Numbered from the stretch's first letter, positions 1 through 8,167 are shown. The stretch is 20,000 bases of DNA from an uncultured virus (IMG/VR IMGVR_UViG_3300021378_001157) (IMGVR_UViG_3300021378_001157); one strand, 5' to 3'. The notes: generated by a model not told the origin, from the letters alone. Numbers and translations: made by a program.

Positions 1-774
1 GAAATGCTTGTGACTGCGTTCTTCATCGGCAAGGAGTGAAGTTAGGTTCTTACCTAGCTTTTGTGACTCTTTAAATGTATTATCAATCTGTTCTTTATAG
101 GTTTCTATAGAATCCCTATTCTTGTCTATTTGTTCTTGGTTAAGAGCATCTAGGTCTTTGATATATTTTGATTGTGAATCTATCTTAGTATTAACCAAGT
201 CAATTCTGTGGTTAATATCATTTAGATTGTCACGCAACTTAGCATTCTTTTCTTTTAAAAGATTATTCATTTTAGAAAAGATATTAATATCCAAGAGGTC
301 TTCAATAATACTTCTGCGAGACCAACTCGGTAATTGCATAAAAGGAATGAATGAACTAGAACCTAATACCACTACTTGATGGAATGATTTATGATTAAGC
401 TTTAGAATATTTGTTTCCAAGTATTTTTGAAAGTCTCTTGCATTAGAAGCTTGGTTAATCATATTACCATTCTGCCAGATTTCAAACTTGTTAGGTTTAA
501 TACCACGAACAATCTTAAACTCTGAATTGCCAATATTGAACTCTACTTCTACTAAGGTTCCTTTCTTATTAATTGAATTAATTAACTGACCTTTACCGAT
601 ATCCCTATGAGCTTTACCGAATAAGCCAAATGATAATGCATCTAATAGTGTAGACTTACCAGCACCATTTTGACCAACAATAAGTGTTGATGGTGATTTG
701 TCTAAACTGATTGTTATCGCATCCGTCCCTGTTGACAGAAAATTCTGCCACTTACATGATTTAAAATGTATCAT
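1..774 (-). CDS. gp46: Recombination endonuclease ATPase subunit (Rad50/SbcC-like), 5' part; runs off the window edge
   Basis: Hand translation from ATG at 774: MIHFKSCKWQNFLSTGTDAITISLDKSPSTLIVGQNGAGKSTLLDALSFGLFGK (Walker A GQNGAGKS). ATGA overlap with the gp47 stop at 771-774. Not in the ORF track. Confidence 0.95.
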   Translation of the reverse strand, partial: MIHFKSCKWQNFLSTGTDAITISLDKSPSTLIVGQNGAGKSTLLDALSFGLFGKAHRDIGKGQLINSINKKGTLVEVEFNIGNSEFKIVRGIKPNKFEIWQNGNMINQASNARDFQKYLETNILKLNHKSFHQVVVLGSSSFIPFMQLPSWSRRSIIEDLLDINIFSKMNNLLKEKNAKLRDNLNDINHRIDLVNTKIDSQSKYIKDLDALNQEQIDKNRDSIETYKEQIDNTFKESQKLGKNLTSLLADEERSHKHF

Positions 775-1832
775 ACTACCTCTAAGTTTTGAGCCTCAGT
801 ATATAGAGTCCTCAGTTCAACTTTCAACTTATCTTTTTCCAAGTCAGTCTCAACTGCTTCTACATAAGAATCAAGAAGGGTCGTAGTATCTTCTAGGGAT
901 ATTTTCTCGTCCTCGACGCTTTCTCCCAGATACTCTTCAAATGATTCCGCAATTTTTAACTCGTAAGTTTCAATAGATTGTAGTCTATCGACAAACTGGT
1001 CAAACATATATAAGTCATTTTTATTTATAACTATTAATTTGATAAACTTTTGTTCAAATTGTTTTACATCAATTTTACTATAATCGGTCTTACTATCATC
1101 ATATATGACCTTTTTAAACATAGTAATTGGATTACGAACTGGAGTAATTTCCCTAGTTTCAGTATCCAATATATGGAAGTATTTAGGGTCATCTACATCT
1201 GCCCATGTAAATTCCATTTGAGAACCCAGATAGGTAACATTGCCCTGGCTAGACCTAGTATGGAAATGACCTGATAGAACCATTTCAAACCTAGAGAATA
1301 CATCTGCATTCATTCCGTGGGGATTAGGTATACCAGCCATCATTTCAAAGCCTTTTAGTTCTAAGTGAGCTCCAAGGATAGGTGCTTTACAATTCATTGC
1401 CCACTTTGTATATTCTTCATAATTACCATTGTTAATCCATGGGATAACTGCAACACCAAGACCGTCATAATCTAGCACTGTTGGTTTCATAATAATATTC
1501 ACATTGCTTGTAAAGTAACCTAAAAGCTCTTTAAGTGAGCATAGTTCATTAGTATTCTTGAAGTATACATCATGGTTACCAGGGATGATATCCATAGTAA
1601 TACCCATATCTCTCATAGGTTCTAGGAAGTGTTTACGATTGGCATTAAGAGCCTTAAAGTTAACGAACTTGCGATGTTCATAGTAATCACCAAGGTGCAA
1701 GATATTCTTGATATTATGTTCTTTTAAATAAGGAAAGAATATCTCCTCATAAAATCTTTCTTGATATCTTAAAAAAATATCTGATGAGTTTCTTACCCCA
1801 CAATGGGTGTCGTTTAATATTGCTACTTTCAT
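771..1832 (-). CDS. gp47: Recombination endonuclease nuclease subunit (Mre11/SbcD-like metallophosphoesterase)
   Basis: Phosphoesterase motifs DTH, GD, GNHD and GHFH; lies directly upstream of gp46. Confidence 0.95.
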   Translation of the reverse strand: MKVAILNDTHCGVRNSSDIFLRYQERFYEEIFFPYLKEHNIKNILHLGDYYEHRKFVNFKALNANRKHFLEPMRDMGITMDIIPGNHDVYFKNTNELCSLKELLGYFTSNVNIIMKPTVLDYDGLGVAVIPWINNGNYEEYTKWAMNCKAPILGAHLELKGFEMMAGIPNPHGMNADVFSRFEMVLSGHFHTRSSQGNVTYLGSQMEFTWADVDDPKYFHILDTETREITPVRNPITMFKKVIYDDSKTDYSKIDVKQFEQKFIKLIVINKNDLYMFDQFVDRLQSIETYELKIAESFEEYLGESVEDEKISLEDTTTLLDSYVEAVETDLEKDKLKVELRTLYTEAQNLEVV

Positions 1833-1835
1833 ATA

Positions 1836-2399
1836 TTATAACATAAAGAGTTCTAATTTCTCTTTAGCCTTCTCCTCCTTCGCGAATTTTTTAACTGCTT
1901 TATCTTTCTCTTTAACTGTAGAAATACGTTGTCTTAGTGTATCAACATAGTTCATAGTTTCGGCTGCTCCTGCATCGTCCATACCCATAGATACGAAATC
2001 ATCAATTCCCATCTTTTCAATAAACTTGAACTTGATGTCTTGTTGTTTCTTCTCTTTAGTTATCCTACGAATAAATGCATAGTAACAAATTTGGGTAAAG
2101 TAAGAGAATGCATTTGGATTACCAGTTCTAGTTGCTGTTTCAATTCTATAGTTTCCTATAGCCCTTAGACAATTCTCTACAGCGTCCATTACCATTTCCT
2201 CTCTATAAGTATATCTTACAAAGTTTGGTCTATGGCTTAAGCCTTCTGCGATTTTAATAAAGCATTTGGCTATGTAATCTGGTACTGTAGGTGAGTCAAC
2301 TCCCTTCTCCTTATGCATATTACAGTCTTTAACATAATCAACTACAGCGAGTGAGAATTCCTTGTTATTGACGTAATGTGGTTTTTGTTTAGGTTTCAT
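1836..2399 (-). CDS. gp55: Late-transcription sigma factor
   Basis: HYVNNKEF, IAEGLSHRPNFVRYTYREEMVMDAVENC and NAFSYFTQICYYAFIRRI are typical gp55 blocks; GGAG Shine-Dalgarno (SD) upstream. Confidence 0.95.
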   Translation of the reverse strand: MKPKQKPHYVNNKEFSLAVVDYVKDCNMHKEKGVDSPTVPDYIAKCFIKIAEGLSHRPNFVRYTYREEMVMDAVENCLRAIGNYRIETATRTGNPNAFSYFTQICYYAFIRRITKEKKQQDIKFKFIEKMGIDDFVSMGMDDAGAAETMNYVDTLRQRISTVKEKDKAVKKFAKEEKAKEKLELFML

Positions 2400-2423
2400 A
2401 ATTATTTCTCCAATAATAGTATT

Positions 2424-2452
2424 ATTATACTACAGAATCGGTTCAATGTAAA
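2424..2452 (-). promoter_or_regulatory. Sigma70/early-type promoter for the 55-47-46 genes
   Basis: Minus strand TTTACA-ttgaaccgattctgtag(17 nt)-TATAAT, with an A-tract (UP-element-like) upstream. Confidence 0.85.
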
Positions 2453-2499
2453 GTCTTTTTTTTAAAATAAATTAATTTCATTTTTTTTCATTTAGCCCC

Positions 2500-2528
2500 T
2501 TTACAAATGCCGAAAAGTGTAGTATAAT
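2500..2528 (+). promoter_or_regulatory. Sigma70/early-type promoter facing antisense to the uvsW region
   Basis: Plus strand TTTACA-aatgccgaaaagtgtag(17 nt)-TATAAT; the same TTTACA-N12-TGTAGTATAATA motif as the gene 55 and uvsY promoters. Confidence 0.75.
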
Positions 2529-2565
2529 ATATTATCTCCGGGGGAGACAGGGGTATACTATCTTT

Positions 2566-2952
2566 TTAATGTATTGTAGGTTCGGTATCGGTATCATCTT
2601 CTTCTTCATCATAATCATAAGGTGTTTCATCCCTCTGGAGGAGGGATTCCTTTAGGGATTCTATTCTTTTTAGAACTTCATCACTTGAATAAGGTTGTTC
2701 CTCATCCATGATGTATTTAATGTAAGCTTCTTCAAAGTCCTTAGCTATAGGAACATGCTGGATGCATCTATTTTTATATAGTTTAAAGATGTTTTGTTTA
2801 GAGAGTGGAAACCAGTGGCTGAATACCAGTCGGCCGTACATATCATGACCTATTGATACAGGCCTTTCAATGATATAATGACCATCATATCTAGTATTCA
2901 TTACGGCAATAATATCATCACCATTTAATAATTTAAACTGTCTTATTTCCAT
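2566..2952 (-). CDS. Hypothetical protein between uvsW and gene 55; possible Sm-like beta-barrel N-terminus and an acidic tail
   Basis: 128-aa ORF starting 2 nt after the uvsW stop. N-terminal FKLLNGDDIIA resembles KLxxGE-type phage Sm-like proteins; C-terminus DYDEEEDDTDTEPTIH. Confidence 0.7.
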   Translation of the reverse strand: MEIRQFKLLNGDDIIAVMNTRYDGHYIIERPVSIGHDMYGRLVFSHWFPLSKQNIFKLYKNRCIQHVPIAKDFEEAYIKYIMDEEQPYSSDEVLKRIESLKESLLQRDETPYDYDEEEDDTDTEPTIH

Positions 2953-2954
2953 AC

Positions 2955-4460
2955 TTATATATTTATATCGTATATTTTATACTTAAATTTCTCTTTAGCA
3001 TATATCTTAATGCGCTCTGCCGCATGAACCAAGGTGTAGTTCTTCTTAGATTTCCAATGTAAATCATCTGCTATATCATATACAGTAGTTGGTTTACCAT
3101 CATCTGTCTTTCTTAATCCTCTTCCGATACTTTGGAGAACCCTAATTTGAGACTTACTTGGTGAAGCAAATATAATGTTGTGTAGATTACGAATATTAAC
3201 CCCAGTAGAAAAAGTGCCCATAGAGGCGACAATAATCGCGTCACTGGATTTCTCTGTAATCTCTCGTACTTTCTCCCTCGTATCCACGTCGGTCTCTCCT
3301 GATACATAAAATAATCTCCTAGTATTTCTTGGTAGTTCATCAAACTTTTCTTGTAAAAGGTTATGTAGAGGTTTTCCGTGTTTGTCGACATATTGGAATA
3401 ATATGAGTGTGGCACCGACATTTCCTAATGCAAGATTTGCGATAAAGTTGTTTCTCGGACCATATTGTACTATAAAGTCCATCTCTTGTTGATAAGAATT
3501 CTTTGATACTTCTTTGCAGAATTCATCTTTATATTTTAATAGAAGTATATTAATATCTAACTGGGCTAAGTCGTTGTTATCCATTAACTTCTTAGTAGTT
3601 GTTACTTTATGTACAGGACCAAATAAACCCTCTAATACTAACTGATGAGTTTGGGTACCATCTAGTGTTCCTGTAGTGCCTATCCTAAATTTGGCCTCGG
3701 TGCATTTTTCCAATATAGCAGTGAGAGACTTAGCCTTAAATGCATGTGCCTCATCACCAATAACCATACCATAAGGCTGAAACCATTCTGACCTTTCCTT
3801 ATAGATGGATTGCCATGTGGTGATTACTACTCTATTGGCAATATTATATTTCTCTTTACCTGCATATATTTTATGGCAATTCTCTTCTACATTCCATTCA
3901 TCTTGGTTAGAATAATCAGCAAAGTCTGAATACATTTGTTCTACCAAAGATGTGGTTGGTACTATAAGTAAGACATTACCATCATGACTATCAAGGAAAG
4001 CTCGTATGGCCATGTAGATAATAAGTGATTTACCACTTGCAGTGGGTGATAGTAACAGTGACTTTTTATTAGATAATGCATGGTGTAATGCCTCCAGTTG
4101 ATAATCTCTAGGTTTTATTTTATTTCCACCTGCAGTTAAAGTCAACATATCTAAGATGTGTTCTAAATCTACGGGTTCAAAGGTGTCTGGTCTTCCATAA
4201 TTACTTGACTCTACCTCAACCGTATAATCTCTTGCATCTGCAAATTCTTGTAGATACTTAAACAGACCACAATAGAGAGTTCTTTTCCTCATATCAAGTA
4301 ATCTAATCTTACCATCCCATATTCTATTCTTATATGCGGGCATGAATTTATAACCAGGAACAAAGAAACAGAAGTGCTCTGTTAATTCCATTAGAATACC
4401 AGGGTCAGCATCTATTTGGAGAAAGCTTTCATTTCTCTTTGTTACTTTAATTTTGTCCAT
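2955..4460 (-). CDS. uvsW: SF2 DNA/RNA-DNA helicase UvsW
   Basis: PRDYQ Q-motif, SPTASGKS Walker A, GDEAH Walker B, GTTGT and QSIGRGLR; 501 aa; synteny with uvsY. Confidence 0.95.
   Translation of the reverse strand: MDKIKVTKRNESFLQIDADPGILMELTEHFCFFVPGYKFMPAYKNRIWDGKIRLLDMRKRTLYCGLFKYLQEFADARDYTVEVESSNYGRPDTFEPVDLEHILDMLTLTAGGNKIKPRDYQLEALHHALSNKKSLLLSPTASGKSLIIYMAIRAFLDSHDGNVLLIVPTTSLVEQMYSDFADYSNQDEWNVEENCHKIYAGKEKYNIANRVVITTWQSIYKERSEWFQPYGMVIGDEAHAFKAKSLTAILEKCTEAKFRIGTTGTLDGTQTHQLVLEGLFGPVHKVTTTKKLMDNNDLAQLDINILLLKYKDEFCKEVSKNSYQQEMDFIVQYGPRNNFIANLALGNVGATLILFQYVDKHGKPLHNLLQEKFDELPRNTRRLFYVSGETDVDTREKVREITEKSSDAIIVASMGTFSTGVNIRNLHNIIFASPSKSQIRVLQSIGRGLRKTDDGKPTTVYDIADDLHWKSKKNYTLVHAAERIKIYAKEKFKYKIYDINI
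2960..2967 (-). promoter_or_regulatory. Probable gp55-dependent late promoter
   Basis: Exact TATAAATA in the last codons of uvsW, 7 nt before the next ATG. Confidence 0.55.
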
Positions 4461-4609
4461 TTAACCTTTCCAAAAGCCATTGTATAAGAGTATTTATTAG
4501 TCCTTAAAACGATACCATCAAAGGACTTAACCTTCTCTTTAGTGTTTTCTTCTATCCATTTCTTTAATTGGGTGAGAGAATTCCAAGACTTCTTTTCTAT
4601 ATATTCCAT
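4442..4609 (-). CDS. Small basic hypothetical protein (55 aa)
   Basis: Hand translation MEYIEKKSWNSLTQLKKWIEENTKEKVKSFDGIVLRTNKYSYTMAFGKVKWTKLK*. TAATG overlap with the uvsY stop and 19-nt overlap with the uvsW start; fills the gap completely. Confidence 0.7.
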   Translation of the reverse strand: MEYIEKKSWNSLTQLKKWIEENTKEKVKSFDGIVLRTNKYSYTMAFGKVKWTKLK

Positions 4610-5055
4610 TACATACCAGAAGTGAATTTATGCCAATCAATTGCATTTCTAATAGATTGGTGACGCCACTTGATGTTTTCCATTATTTCTTTAAGAGTAT
4701 CAACCATCTCTTGCTGATAGTGTTGTTTGGCCTGATGAGCCTGAATGAGAGGGTCTGAATCGTACCATTTATCCATATCTCCCTTTAATACTGTAAGACC
4801 ATTAAGTGGGTCATAAGACCAACCTTTATCGTCCATTTCTTCTTGTGTTAGTTTACCATTATAGTGCATAAACTTCTCTTTCAGTAAGACTTTAAAATCC
4901 AAGTCCAACTTCTTTAGTTTTAGTTTATTTACAGTATATAGTTCTAAATACTTCGAATGAAGTTTGGCTGATTCACGGGATGCATTACCTAAATCCATCT
5001 CATCTATAGTGGAATCTTTTTTCCACATTTCAATTATTTGTTCTAAACTGTTCAT
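4609..5055 (-). CDS. uvsY: Recombination mediator protein UvsY
   Basis: W-x-x-D-S-x-I-D, LHSKYL and WRHQSIRNAIDWHKF..G signature. Start moved from TTG 5067 to ATG 5055, which has GGAG 6 nt upstream. Confidence 0.92.
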   Translation of the reverse strand: MNSLEQIIEMWKKDSTIDEMDLGNASRESAKLHSKYLELYTVNKLKLKKLDLDFKVLLKEKFMHYNGKLTQEEMDDKGWSYDPLNGLTVLKGDMDKWYDSDPLIQAHQAKQHYQQEMVDTLKEIMENIKWRHQSIRNAIDWHKFTSGM

Positions 5056-5087
5056 AATATTCTCCAAGTATACTGTTAGATTATTCT

Positions 5088-5116
5088 ATTATACTACAAA
5101 ATAACCTAAATGTAAA
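5088..5116 (-). promoter_or_regulatory. Sigma70/early-type promoter for uvsY
   Basis: Minus strand (G)TTTACA-tttaggttattttgtag(17 nt)-TATAAT; GTTTAC matches the T4 early -35 consensus. Confidence 0.85.
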
Positions 5117-5119
5117 CCA

Positions 5120-5578
5120 TTATTTAAATTCAAAGGTTGAGTAAGCAAATGTTACTGTCGCCTGTAGATATTCTACTTCTGTTCCTTGAGTGTCGAATGC
5201 AAGTTCTGTTATTGCAATAGGGAATACATCAGAAAAATGTATTCTTTTTGTTACGTTTGAATGTGAATTAAGTACTAGTAGTTCTGCGTCTTCAGACTGG
5301 TCTTCTTTCTCATTAACTATACGATGCATCCAATTAAACATCTCTAAGTAGTTTTCCATATCTTCTGTTACATTAAATGTAATAGATAGGTCACCAAAAT
5401 TAATTCTATCACCCGTAAAGGCAATGTTGGCTCCTCTATATGGCAGAGGACTTTCTGCAATTGCCATATCAGGTAAAGATACACCAGTACAGAAATATTC
5501 TGAATTAGAAAATTTGTTCTTGTCTATAGAAAATTGAAAACCTATAGGACTTAAAAAGTTTTTATTAGTAGTTGTCAT
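5120..5578 (-). CDS. gp3: Tail completion / tail-tube terminator protein
   Basis: NFLSPIGFQF, F-x-V-T-E-D-M-E-N-Y and ATVTFAY (tube-like family); position after gp23 as in marine T4-like phages. Confidence 0.85.
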   Translation of the reverse strand: MTTTNKNFLSPIGFQFSIDKNKFSNSEYFCTGVSLPDMAIAESPLPYRGANIAFTGDRINFGDLSITFNVTEDMENYLEMFNWMHRIVNEKEDQSEDAELLVLNSHSNVTKRIHFSDVFPIAITELAFDTQGTEVEYLQATVTFAYSTFEFK

Positions 5579-5583
5579 ATTAG

Positions 5584-5591
5584 TATTTATA
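5584..5591 (-). promoter_or_regulatory. Late promoter (proximal) for gene 3
   Basis: TATAAATA-CTAAT-ATG. Confidence 0.8.
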
Positions 5592-5612
5592 CCTTTTATT
5601 TACTTACTATAT

Positions 5613-5620
5613 TATTTATA
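5613..5620 (-). promoter_or_regulatory. Late promoter (distal) for gene 3
   Basis: Exact intergenic TATAAATA just after the gene 23 terminator. Confidence 0.7.
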
Positions 5621-5623
5621 CGC

Positions 5624-5652
5624 AAAAAAAGAGAGCCCCGAAGGACTCTCTT
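5624..5652 (-). terminator. Rho-independent terminator after gene 23 with a C(UUCG)G tetraloop
   Basis: Minus strand GAGAGTCC-TTCG-GGGCTCTC (one G-U pair) followed by T7. Confidence 0.92.
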
Positions 5653-5672
5653 AAATACTTTATTACTAAAGA

Positions 5673-7004
5673 TTAGTCGACCATAATGTCGTCTACTCTG
5701 AAGATTCTGAAGTATGGGTTAGCTCTGTCAGCACCAGTGCCGTCAGCGCCTACGAATGGATTAGTAACCATACCGTATCTAGTTTTGAACCCGATACGTG
5801 GTTGGAAATCACTTTCGCCAATTGCCTTAACCATAGTTAATGGTACGTAAGGACAGTAGAACATACCCGCATCATACGGATTTGAACCTCTGTAACCTAC
5901 TAAAGCAAAGTCTGCAGTTGCATATGGGTCTACATATACTTTTAGTCTTCCGTTAAGAACACCAGCAAAAGTATTACCTGTATCATCTACTTGTAATCCA
6001 GTAGATAGAGCAGGACTATAGTCCATTACACCAGCAGCCGCTAGAGCTGAAGCAACGTCTGAAGAACAGATAACAAAGTTACCTTTGCCTCTTCTAGTTT
6101 GCTTAGCAATAAGGTTTGCTTCTCTTTCGAGTTGCATGATAAGTCCTTTGAACTTCTCAACCATCCAACGTCCGTCTGAGTCTGTAGCAACATCAAAAGC
6201 ACCTTTCAATGCTACTGAAGTTTGTTGTGCACCCAACTTAGCTTTAGCCATAATAGTTCTAATCATCTCTCTGTTGATTTCCGCAAGGATTTCAGTAGAA
6301 AGAATATTAGCTAATTCAGCTTCTGCATCTAGACCATGAATTGCTTTAAGGTCTTGAGCTAGTTCCATTGTGTACTCAGCTTTAAGAGCTCTTGACTTAG
6401 CAGTTACTGTTGATTTCTCAATAGTGAAAGCCATTTCTCCGAACCCAGCTCCTGTTAGAGCTTCAGCTTGAGCTGTAGTCTTACCAGAACCAGATGTAAT
6501 TACTGTATCAGCTAGGTTATCACCTAGGACACCATCATTACCTGAACCGTCTGTTTCGCCTTCAAGACCAGTAGGTCCAGCAGCGTGAGTACCAGTACCA
6601 GAAAAGTCAGTATCGGCTTCGTCAAAGAAAGCTTCCGCTCCGCCTTGAGTACCATACTTAGCTTTCATAGCAAAGATAAGACCAGTAGGACCAGTCATTG
6701 GTTGTACACCAGCAACATCATAAGCAATAAGATTTGGCATAGCTCTTCTTACGAGAGAGATAAGTACCGGATCAAATCCTTTAATATTACCAGCTGTGGC
6801 TCCCATACCAGCACCGACTACGTTAGCCGCTTCTGAGATATAGTTACCTTGCATTTGAGCTGCTTCTTCTGCAAGAGCAACTTCCTGATTTTCTAACAAT
6901 CTAGCTGTAACAGCTTTCTTGTATTTATCCTGAATACCTGGAGCACTTTCGTGATCTAGTACAGGACCCCATTTTTCCATGAGTTGTGAGTCTGCATTAA
7001 ACAT
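5673..7004 (-). CDS. gp23: Major capsid protein
   Basis: LMEKW.PVL, LLENQE, DPVLISLVRRAMPNLIAYDVAGVQPMTGPTGLIFAM, FYCPYVPL and FQPRIGFKTRYG; likely gp21 cleavage at ISE|A. Confidence 0.98.
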   Translation of the reverse strand: MFNADSQLMEKWGPVLDHESAPGIQDKYKKAVTARLLENQEVALAEEAAQMQGNYISEAANVVGAGMGATAGNIKGFDPVLISLVRRAMPNLIAYDVAGVQPMTGPTGLIFAMKAKYGTQGGAEAFFDEADTDFSGTGTHAAGPTGLEGETDGSGNDGVLGDNLADTVITSGSGKTTAQAEALTGAGFGEMAFTIEKSTVTAKSRALKAEYTMELAQDLKAIHGLDAEAELANILSTEILAEINREMIRTIMAKAKLGAQQTSVALKGAFDVATDSDGRWMVEKFKGLIMQLEREANLIAKQTRRGKGNFVICSSDVASALAAAGVMDYSPALSTGLQVDDTGNTFAGVLNGRLKVYVDPYATADFALVGYRGSNPYDAGMFYCPYVPLTMVKAIGESDFQPRIGFKTRYGMVTNPFVGADGTGADRANPYFRIFRVDDIMVD

Positions 7005-7027
7005 TTTTTAGTTTCCCCTAATTTGTT

Positions 7028-8158
7028 TTATGAATAGTTTTTACTAATAGCTTGTGTGTATCTAGCCATTGAATCCGAAACATCAGCAGTTTCTACTGAG
7101 TCATTTCCAATGAGACTTTTTACTTCATCAGCCTTCTCATTAACTTCTTTTGTGAAGTATGATTCTTTAACAGTTTTAACTTTCATTTCAAAAGTTTCTT
7201 TGTTATCGAAATCAATATCTTCAACCAAAGATGCTAACTTCTCAGCTTCAGTTTCAGCTAAACCTAAAGAATTTTCTCTGATTACATTTGCTCTTTCAAG
7301 TTCTTGAACGGACTCATGTAGTCTGATATTATCTTCTGTTGATTTATTAAGGTTCCCTTCTAGTTCAGCTACTTGCTCTGATAAATCATCAACAAGGTCT
7401 ACTTTACCTTCTGGAACATCAATGTAATGTTCTGTGAACACTTTTTGAAGTGAAGACATAAACTCTTCAGCAATTTCAGTCCTAAGACCATTAACTACTG
7501 AGACTTCATTTTCCTTCATCCAATTTTCAACAACGTATGAAAGGTAAGAATCTACCTTCTCTACTAGCTGTGATTGAACTTGAGAAACTTCTTCTTCAAG
7601 ATTTTGCACGTATTCGGCTTCTAATCTTTCAACTTCTTCTGTCAACTTAGATGTTAATACTGCTTCGAAGATAGCTCCGGCCTTTCCTCTGAATCCTTCA
7701 GAAAGGGTTGCTTCTTCTAGTACTAGTGCATCTAGGTCTTCATCAAAATCAATTGATTCAACTTTTGCTTTAACCTTAGGCTCATCTTTCGTTTTACCTT
7801 TGACTGCAGCAATTGCTTTGCCAACGGAGCCATCATCTTCGGCCTCGTCAACTTTTGCCATTTTTGCGTAAAGTTTTTGTGCATCTTCTTTACGTGCTTT
7901 CTTCAACATTTCTACTGCGGCTTGAATAACACCTGCTTTAGTTTTAGGAACAGAAAGTTCTGGAGCGGCTTCTTTAACCTCATCCTCTTCTTCCTCTTCT
8001 TCTTTTACATCTTCATCTTCCGATTCAGATTTAGCAGCTGCCTTCTCTTCAAGAGATTCCTCGTCTAAATTCTCATTTTCAACGAGCTCTTCTTCTTGAG
8101 TAAGCTCTTCACTAGCAATGTCTTCAACAAGCTCTTCTACTTTATTGTCGATTGACAT
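7028..8158 (-). CDS. gp22: Prohead core scaffolding protein
   Basis: Acidic coiled-coil protein with LSEGF..KA..IFEA, VDSYLSYVVENWMKEN and KVKTVKESYF; between gp21 and gp23. Confidence 0.93.
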   Translation of the reverse strand: MSIDNKVEELVEDIASEELTQEEELVENENLDEESLEEKAAAKSESEDEDVKEEEEEEDEVKEAAPELSVPKTKAGVIQAAVEMLKKARKEDAQKLYAKMAKVDEAEDDGSVGKAIAAVKGKTKDEPKVKAKVESIDFDEDLDALVLEEATLSEGFRGKAGAIFEAVLTSKLTEEVERLEAEYVQNLEEEVSQVQSQLVEKVDSYLSYVVENWMKENEVSVVNGLRTEIAEEFMSSLQKVFTEHYIDVPEGKVDLVDDLSEQVAELEGNLNKSTEDNIRLHESVQELERANVIRENSLGLAETEAEKLASLVEDIDFDNKETFEMKVKTVKESYFTKEVNEKADEVKSLIGNDSVETADVSDSMARYTQAISKNYS

Positions 8159-8167
8159 AACATTCTC

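Noticed and set aside
2569..2655. 28-aa hydrophobic plus-strand ORF (MYCRFGIGIIFFFIIIIRCFIPLEEGFL) downstream of the antisense promoter
   Set aside because: Its hydrophobicity is the expected reverse complement of the Asp/Glu run on the other strand, and the G-rich SD-like run is about 15 nt from the ATG. Not called, though ribosome profiling could test it.
3113..3421. 102-aa alternative-frame ORF inside uvsW (likewise 10114-10368 inside the portal gene)
   Set aside because: Fully nested in conserved genes, with no family motif or independent expression signal seen.
7975..8110. TCT/TTC low-complexity tract
   Set aside because: It encodes the poly-Glu N-terminal region of scaffold gp22 and is not an independent repeat element.
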